A stretch of 64,000 bases of DNA from the NCBI GenBank assembly GCA_003349885.1, contig QFXC01000011.1, positions 517,355-581,354 on the forward strand, given 5' to 3'. Positions 58,116-64,000 of this stretch are shown in pieces (the stretch's first letter is position 1; every line of letters begins with the position of its first letter). The notes below the pieces were generated by a model. That model was not told the origin of the DNA and did not search any database. It saw only the letters and a list, made by a program, of their open reading frames with translations. Made by a program: the position numbers and the translations under genes. The stretch comes from an endosymbiont of Galathealinum brachiosum (GTDB lineage: Bacteria > Pseudomonadota > Gammaproteobacteria > SZUA-229).

Positions 58116-59504
58116 CTATAATTCAATACACTGATTATATTCAGCTATAACGGGTTTTATATTTAAATCTGTATTTAATTTTTCGGCAAGTATTTTTTGA
58201 GCCTCAGGCTCACCATGAACCAGTACTAATTGTGGGCGATTTTTAAAATTTTTATACCAGTCAATCAGTCCCTGTTGATCGGCATGAGCTGATAAACCTC
58301 CAGGCGTTGTTACTTTTGCATTTATTCTGATTTTTTCACCCCATAGTGTTAACCATTCTGCGCCATCAACCAATGACCTTCCCGGTGTATTTCTAGCCTG
58401 AAAACCGACAATAATTACATGGCTTTGATGGCGCCATAAATTATGTTTTAAGTGATGTTTGATTCGACCACCTGTGCACATGCCGCTACCGGCTATAATG
58501 ATCGCACCAGATTGAATGCGATTTAAAGCCATTGAATCTTCAGTGGATGAGGTCATTGTTAGATTAGGTAGATTTAAAGGATTGCCACAGTTTTGTGCAT
58601 CTTTACGTGCATCATCCTCGTATATAGAAGAGTATTTTGAGTAGATATTTGTGGATTTTATTGCCATCGGGCTATCCAGAAAAATTTTCCAGTTGTCGAG
58701 TTGCCAGTCATCATAATGCTTATTAAAGCAGTATAATAATTCCTGAGTACGCCCGACTGTAAAAGCGGGAATTAATATGTTACCTCGCTGGCTATGAGCA
58801 TTGCGTATAGTTGATCCTAACTCTTCCCAGGTATCGTCCCAGTTTCTGTGTAGGCGGTCTCCATAAGTGCTTTCCATTAAAACAATATCGGCTTTAGTCA
58901 GGCAGGTCGGATCTTTTAGTATTGGAGCTCCGGCATGTCCAAGGTCACCGCTAAAAACAACTTTCTTTGAATGATTATTTTCATTGAGATCAAGCTCAAC
59001 TATACATGAACCTAAAATATGCCCGGCATCGTGAAATTCAAGCGTTACACCGGACATTAAAGTGGTTTTATGAGTATAGGGGACAGGCTTGAAAAACCGT
59101 AAGCAATTACGTGCTTGCTGTTGTGTGTATAACGGCTCGACTAATTCTAATCCCTGACGTTCACGTTTTTTATTTTCCCAGAATGCACCCCGTTCATTTA
59201 AATAACCCGCATCCTCAAGTAAAACTTCGCATAAATCTATTGTTGCAGGGTGAGCGAATATTTCACCTTTAAATCCTCTCTCTATTAATAAAGGGAGTTT
59301 CCCGCTATGGTCAAGATGAGCATGACTTAAAATTACAGCATCAATTGATGCGGGATTAAAAGGAAAGTCATCATAGTTTTTCTGGGCCTGTTCGTAATCG
59401 CCCTGAATAAGCCCGCAATCCAGTAATATTTTATGGTCATTAATCTGTATAAGGTGGCATGAGCCTGTAACGTACTGTGTTGCACCTAGGAATGTAATAT
59501 TCAT
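58116..59504 (-). CDS. MBL-fold metallo-hydrolase, RNA-metabolising beta-CASP family
   Basis: HAHLDHSG motif II, a beta-CASP middle region and a C-terminal HGEPEAQ motif. Confidence 0.65.
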   Translation of the reverse strand: MNITFLGATQYVTGSCHLIQINDHKILLDCGLIQGDYEQAQKNYDDFPFNPASIDAVILSHAHLDHSGKLPLLIERGFKGEIFAHPATIDLCEVLLEDAGYLNERGAFWENKKRERQGLELVEPLYTQQQARNCLRFFKPVPYTHKTTLMSGVTLEFHDAGHILGSCIVELDLNENNHSKKVVFSGDLGHAGAPILKDPTCLTKADIVLMESTYGDRLHRNWDDTWEELGSTIRNAHSQRGNILIPAFTVGRTQELLYCFNKHYDDWQLDNWKIFLDSPMAIKSTNIYSKYSSIYEDDARKDAQNCGNPLNLPNLTMTSSTEDSMALNRIQSGAIIIAGSGMCTGGRIKHHLKHNLWRHQSHVIIVGFQARNTPGRSLVDGAEWLTLWGEKIRINAKVTTPGGLSAHADQQGLIDWYKNFKNRPQLVLVHGEPEAQKILAEKLNTDLNIKPVIAEYNQCIEL

Positions 59505-59676
59505 AATTAACCTGAAGAGCTCGTAATCGCAACAGAAGAAGATATATTAAGTGTGGCATAAAATGGCCTTACTTCAAGTTTTGTTGTGTATTGCATTGCC
59601 CGGTAGTTACAATCGGGTCTATAATGAATGGCCGTTTCGGTATACTATTCACGAAAGACCATTGCATGGGTTTATT

Positions 59677-59883
59677 ATGTCTGATCTGGATCAAGAGTTA
59701 TTGCGTAAGAAATTAGATGAGTTACTCCTTGAGCATCGTGATCTAGATGATGTAATACATCGCTTTCATATGACAGGTGGTCTGGATCAAATGCAAATCC
59801 AGCGCTTGAAAAAACGTAAGTTAGTATTGAAAGAGTTAATTGTGAAAATTGAAGATCGGTTAATACCAAATATTATTGCCTGA
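59677..59883 (+). CDS. DUF465/YdcH family small protein
   Basis: 69 aa from the ATG at 59677: LDQELLRKKLDELLLEHRDLDDVIH...RLKKRKLVLKELIVKIEDRLIP. The ORF-track start at 59551 is probably an upstream extension. Confidence 0.55.
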   Translation: MSDLDQELLRKKLDELLLEHRDLDDVIHRFHMTGGLDQMQIQRLKKRKLVLKELIVKIEDRLIPNIIA

Positions 59884-59932
59884 ATCAGATTGCAATAACC
59901 TGATATAAAATTAAAAGTTTTCCAGCAATATA

Positions 59933-61657
59933 TTATATTTTTGAGCTGGACAGCTGAAAGCAGACATTAGACGGTTCATTATGAATCAGTTGTAATTGAT
60001 ACCCATTTCTTTCAGCTAGTTGTGCAGACTGATATAGACCAATTCCATATCCATCTTTAGATGGCAATATTTGTTTAAATAATACGTTTGTTTTTGAGAC
60101 GGGGACAGGGTCACCATCATCATAGACCGTTATAACTGGTTGGCCTTTTTCAAGTTTGATGGTGGTAGTAATTTCAGTTTCTGGTCTTGTGCGGCGTTTG
60201 TTTCTGGCGTTTTCAAGCAGATTTTCAAGAACAGTATCAAAGACATCAGTATCGATAGAGGTATTTTGATCTGTTTCTCCAACAAACTGAATATCACGTC
60301 CATGATATCGGCTTTGAAGTTCTGTCCACCAGACATCCATTTGTTTGAAGCTTTTACCAGTGTCAGTTTTAGTCTGTAATTTATCAAGTGTGTTTTGTAA
60401 ACGTTGAGATAATATAGGTAGTTGTTTGCTAATAAGTTGATGGCTTTCAGCCGGATCATCTGCGGCATGCACAACACCAGTTAATGCCTGTAGAGACTGT
60501 AAAATGTTTTTAATATCGTGTGTTAGTTTTGATCCGGTTTCATAAACCGCTTTTAAATGTGTCTGGTTTTTAAGCGTTATTTCACGTAATTTTGAATTAT
60601 AAAAATAACTCATTAAATGCATAAGTAATTGCGCATGAATTTTTAAAGCTGAGCCCATAGGAATATGGCTATATAGAATCATCCTGATTCCATTATCTTC
60701 AAATAATGTTTGTTGTGCACTTACCTCACCGTAAAGGTTCTCGCTTTTATTGTCTGACCATTTAACGCCGCTTACCCAGGAGAGAGTTAATAATTGTTTA
60801 ATGCTATTTTCGAGATATAAATCAGGTGTTATTTTTTTATTCTGCCCCAGCAATGATGTATGTTTAACCCAGTTTTCAAATGGATTGCCGATATTTAAAA
60901 TGTGTTGTTCCCATATTTGTCCTATGCCGGCAAGACCATGTCTGGGTAACCATATAAGACTCAGAATAATAAAGAAAACACCAATGGATAATGCCGTAAT
61001 TAGTAATGACTGGAGATAGTGAATGTTTGAAGTAAAGCTAATTAATATGCTGGTGACATAAAAGCTAAATAACCCAAAACTGATTAAAATACTGTGTAGG
61101 TAATCAATTTTGACAGAACGAACTTTTTTACAAGGCCATAAAATAAGTAAAGCACAGGCAAACAATAAAACATAAAAAATAATTTGTTCGAGTTCATGAT
61201 CAAGTACATTTAAATGAAATAAGCGAGGTGTCAGTATAAGGCTAAGTTGTAGAAATAAAATTACAGCTGAAAGCGCATATAGGGTTCGTTGAAAGCCATT
61301 AACAAGAGCGCTTCCGCTAGTTAAGCCAATTAATAAAATGATCCATAGCGCGATAAACCAGTCACCGAGAAGCAAATACAGCGCTATGTTTAGGAGTAAA
61401 ACAGGTATTAATGTCTTTAGGTGTATTTCTTCAGTCGCATTTAAGGCGGGTTGCCAGAGTAGAAAAAAACCAATGTGTGCGAGTAGAAGTGCTGAAACAA
61501 GAGGGCTGTTTTCCGTTGGTTGGTGTAATGCCAGGTGTAGCAATAACAGCATTAACCCAAGGTTAATAAACTCAAACCGGGTGCTGGTGGTGACTCTGTA
61601 AATATTAGGTTTATTAAACATATATTGTTGAAACATTGTCATTTGTTGATATTTCAA
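59933..61657 (-). CDS. multi-TM sensor histidine kinase (PilS-like architecture)
   Basis: ~7-8 N-terminal TM helices, a cytoplasmic linker, H-box THDIKNILQSLQALTG and HATPase_c (DDGDPVP...DGYGIGLYQSAQLAERNGYQL). No cognate response regulator is adjacent other than glnG. Confidence 0.65.
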   Translation of the reverse strand: MKYQQMTMFQQYMFNKPNIYRVTTSTRFEFINLGLMLLLLHLALHQPTENSPLVSALLLAHIGFFLLWQPALNATEEIHLKTLIPVLLLNIALYLLLGDWFIALWIILLIGLTSGSALVNGFQRTLYALSAVILFLQLSLILTPRLFHLNVLDHELEQIIFYVLLFACALLILWPCKKVRSVKIDYLHSILISFGLFSFYVTSILISFTSNIHYLQSLLITALSIGVFFIILSLIWLPRHGLAGIGQIWEQHILNIGNPFENWVKHTSLLGQNKKITPDLYLENSIKQLLTLSWVSGVKWSDNKSENLYGEVSAQQTLFEDNGIRMILYSHIPMGSALKIHAQLLMHLMSYFYNSKLREITLKNQTHLKAVYETGSKLTHDIKNILQSLQALTGVVHAADDPAESHQLISKQLPILSQRLQNTLDKLQTKTDTGKSFKQMDVWWTELQSRYHGRDIQFVGETDQNTSIDTDVFDTVLENLLENARNKRRTRPETEITTTIKLEKGQPVITVYDDGDPVPVSKTNVLFKQILPSKDGYGIGLYQSAQLAERNGYQLQLIHNEPSNVCFQLSSSKI

Positions 61658-61754
61658 CAGAAGCTATCTTTAAATTGTCGAAATATCAACATAAATTAAT
61701 GCAAAAAATCACCTTTATTAGCTAAGTTATTGAAATATATGTGCTATATATTTA

Positions 61755-61771
61755 TGGCATGGGCTGTGCAA
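61755..61771 (+). promoter_or_regulatory. sigma-54 (-24/-12) promoter upstream of the pilin gene
   Basis: TGGCATgggctGTGCA: GG-N10-GC spacing is exact. 54 bp upstream of the ATG at 61824, and a GGAGAAAG RBS follows. Confidence 0.6.
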
Positions 61772-61823
61772 TATATCCATCAAAGCATTATTTTAATTAT
61801 AAAATCTTTCTGGAGAAAGAATC

Positions 61824-62375
61824 ATGAAAAGACAATCAGGTTTCACATTAATCGAAATAGCCATTGTACTTGTTATTATCGGTTTGTTATTGGGTGGGGT
61901 ATTAAAAGGTCAGGAAATGATGACCAATGCTAAGATCAAGCGTATTTCTAATGACTATAACGGTATTTCAGCAGCAACATTTTCATATCTTGATCGTTAT
62001 TCTTCATTCCCGGGCGATGATCCAAATGCAGCAGCGCGTTGGGGTGGTGCAGTTGTAAGTGGTGACGGCGATGGCCTTATTGATGCCGGAGAGCAACCTG
62101 ACGTTTGGGAGCACTTAAGAGCATCTGGTCTGGTTTCAGGCACGGGTACTACTAATCCCACTCATGCATTTGGTGGTATTATTCGAGTTCAGCAAAATGG
62201 TGCAGGTTTAACGGGCACAGTAATCTGCATGTTAAATATGCCAGGTAAAACAGCTGAAATTATAGACAGACAGGTTGATGACGGTAATGGTAATACCGGT
62301 GAGTTTAGACAAACTGTTAACTCTGTTACTTATGATCAGAATGTTACCAATCTGGAAGTTTGTAAAAAGCTTTAA
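61824..62375 (+). CDS. type IV pilin-like protein (prepilin-type N-terminal methylation domain)
   Basis: MKRQSGFTLIEIAIVLVIIGLLLGG matches the class III signal (G-1/F+1/E+5). 183 aa. Two C-terminal Cys residues (VICM...EVCKKL) are consistent with a D-region disulfide. Confidence 0.75.
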   Translation: MKRQSGFTLIEIAIVLVIIGLLLGGVLKGQEMMTNAKIKRISNDYNGISAATFSYLDRYSSFPGDDPNAAARWGGAVVSGDGDGLIDAGEQPDVWEHLRASGLVSGTGTTNPTHAFGGIIRVQQNGAGLTGTVICMLNMPGKTAEIIDRQVDDGNGNTGEFRQTVNSVTYDQNVTNLEVCKKL

Positions 62376-62395
62376 GCGCACACTGTAAATTAGCA

Positions 62396-62424
62396 CTTAA
62401 AAGGCCTGCATTAGCAGGCCTTTT
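62396..62424. terminator. bidirectional rho-independent terminator between the pilin gene and glnG
   Basis: aaaaggcctgcattagcaggcctttttt. Confidence 0.85.
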
Positions 62425-62452
62425 TTGTTTGATGTTTATAATATAAAAAACT

Positions 62453-63853
62453 CTATTCCATACCAAGTTCTTTGATTTTGCGGGTTAAGGTGTTTCGTCC
62501 CCAGCCAAGCAACTTGGCTGCCTCCTGACGTTTGCCTCCGGTTTTAGCCAGTGCGGCATCAATGAGTATCTGTTCAAATCTTGGCTGAATCTCAGCTAGA
62601 ATATCTTCTTTTCCCATATTTAATTGAGCCTCAGCCCAGCTTAGTAGTCCGTCCTCCCAGTTTTGAGAAGGTCTGTCCATTGGGCTAACACTTTCAGGAG
62701 AAAGCTCGGGAGGCAGATCAGACATATGTATTTCACGGCCAGAAGCCATAACTGTAATCCAGCGACAGCTGTTTTCCAGTTGTCTTACATTGCCCGGCCA
62801 GTCAAGGCTGGATAAATAAGCCTCAACATCACTGAGCAGTATTTTGGCTTCTACCTGAATTTCTTCAGCAGCCTGCTGTAAAAATAAGTGTAACAATGCA
62901 GGAATGTCTTCTTTGCGTTCGCGCAATGGTGGAATCTGGATGCGAATAACATTGAGACGGTGAAAAAGGTCTTCTCGAAACAGGCCTTCTTTAACCCGTT
63001 GTTGTAAATCCTGGTGGGTCGCAGTAATAATTCGAACATTAGATTTAACCGGAGTATGCCCACCAACACGATAAAACTGTCCATCAGCCAGGACCCTTAA
63101 CAACCGTGTTTGTAAATCTGCAGGCATATCACCGATTTCATCGAGAAACAGGGTGCCGCCATCTGCCTGTTCAAATCGACCTCTACGCTGAGATGTCGCG
63201 CCTGTAAACGCGCCACGTTCGTGCCCGAATAATTCTGACTCTAATAAGTCCTTAGGGATAGCGGCTGTATTAATGGCAATAAACGGATGGTTTGCTCGGG
63301 GGCTATGTTTATGTAATGCACTTGCTACCAGTTCTTTTCCTGTGCCTGATTCACCATTTATCAGAACGGTGATATTGGACTTTGATAAACGACCAATTGC
63401 CCTAAATACTTCCTGCATAGAAGGGGCTTCACCAATAATATCTGGTGAGCCAATTTCCTGAGATGTGTTTTTATTTGCATACTCATCACTTTTTTTGCAG
63501 GCGCGTTGGGTTAAATCTACAGCATCATCAATATCAAAAGGTTTAGGCAGGTACTCAAAAGCGCCACCCTGATAGGCAGAAACAGCACTATCAAGATCTG
63601 AATGAGCCGTCATGATAATGGCCGGAATTTCAGGGTGTTTTTCGTTTAAGATGCTTAGAAATTCGATGCCATCCATACCGGGCATGCGGATATCAGTAAT
63701 GATGACATCGGGTTTGGAATTGTTTAAATATTCCAGTGCAGCATCAGCGGTTTCAAAACTACTTACTATAAAGTCTGCAGATTTCAATGCTTTTTCAAGC
63801 ACCCAGCGAATGGAAGGGTCGTCATCTATAACCCATACATTATGCTCGCTCAT
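62453..63853 (-). CDS. glnG: nitrogen regulation protein NR(I), sigma-54-dependent response regulator NtrC
   Basis: 466 aa with REC, AAA+ ([14 protein letters not shown]) and Fis-type HTH domains. Near-collinear identity to E. coli NtrC, including the C-terminal [22 protein letters not shown]. Confidence 0.95.
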   Translation of the reverse strand: MSEHNVWVIDDDPSIRWVLEKALKSADFIVSSFETADAALEYLNNSKPDVIITDIRMPGMDGIEFLSILNEKHPEIPAIIMTAHSDLDSAVSAYQGGAFEYLPKPFDIDDAVDLTQRACKKSDEYANKNTSQEIGSPDIIGEAPSMQEVFRAIGRLSKSNITVLINGESGTGKELVASALHKHSPRANHPFIAINTAAIPKDLLESELFGHERGAFTGATSQRRGRFEQADGGTLFLDEIGDMPADLQTRLLRVLADGQFYRVGGHTPVKSNVRIITATHQDLQQRVKEGLFREDLFHRLNVIRIQIPPLRERKEDIPALLHLFLQQAAEEIQVEAKILLSDVEAYLSSLDWPGNVRQLENSCRWITVMASGREIHMSDLPPELSPESVSPMDRPSQNWEDGLLSWAEAQLNMGKEDILAEIQPRFEQILIDAALAKTGGKRQEAAKLLGWGRNTLTRKIKELGME

Positions 63854-64000
63854 TTATGTTCTCCAATTTGTTTCTTTCCATTTTTATGATCCTGAGAAGC
63901 AACTGATAAGGGTAAATAAATTGTAAAAATAGTTTCACCGGGGCGGCTGCTCATTTTGATCAGTCCACCATGTTGATTAATGAGTGACTGTGCAATTGAT
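63850..64000 (-). CDS. glnL: nitrogen regulation sensor kinase NtrB, C-terminal fragment (gene continues beyond window end)
   Basis: Minus-strand translation ...QHGGLIKMSSRPGETIFTIYLPL... matches the NtrB HATPase C-terminus. Its TGA stop overlaps the glnG ATG (ATGA). Confidence 0.8.
   Translation of the reverse strand, partial: SIAQSLINQHGGLIKMSSRPGETIFTIYLPLSVASQDHKNGKKQIGEHK

Overview
This is an AT-rich gammaproteobacterial chromosomal segment, read by eye only with no database searches. It is mostly housekeeping and signalling genes on both strands.

Recognisable genes and RNAs:
- Housekeeping: ubiD (5' part), ppnP, a DTW/TapT tRNA-modification enzyme, pyruvate kinase, putA, hrpA, monomeric NADP-isocitrate dehydrogenase, comM/yifB, ubiK, typA/bipA, tex, an ABC-F ATPase (yheS-like) and msrB.
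- RNA genes: tRNA-Val/tRNA-Asp and tRNA-Arg(CCG).
- Nitrogen control: a torF-like porin, glnK, amtB and glnG plus the 3' end of glnL. Two good sigma-54 promoters are visible, one with an NtrC site upstream of torF-glnK-amtB and one upstream of a type IV pilin gene.
- The window is rich in c-di-GMP/cNMP signalling: a PilZ protein, two HD-GYP proteins, a REC-degenerate-GGDEF protein, an HDOD protein, and a HAMP-class III cyclase.

The most unusual region is roughly 12.4-20.5 kb. One arm has a periplasmic transglutaminase-like cysteine protease (LapG-like) gene followed by a dCache-PAS-HD-GYP membrane sensor and a large ExeA/GspA-type AAA ATPase fused to a TolA-like coiled coil. The divergent arm has a TPR + beta-barrel outer-membrane protein, a proline-rich secreted protein and a PEP-CTERM (VPLPA-like) sorting-signal protein. 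No exosortase gene is present in the window.

Other notable loci:
- A sulfur-trafficking cluster (yeeE-tusA convergent with a dsrEFH/tusBCD-like operon).
- A decayed integration scar at tRNA-Arg: a duplicated tRNA 3' end plus roughly 80-bp direct repeats bracketing an azoR-lysR cassette.
- Tandem DUF1631-like paralogs.
- A PilS-like multi-TM histidine kinase divergent from the sigma-54 pilin gene.
- A possible small-RNA terminator in a divergent intergenic region.

No CRISPR array, transposase, integrase or recognisable defence system was seen.
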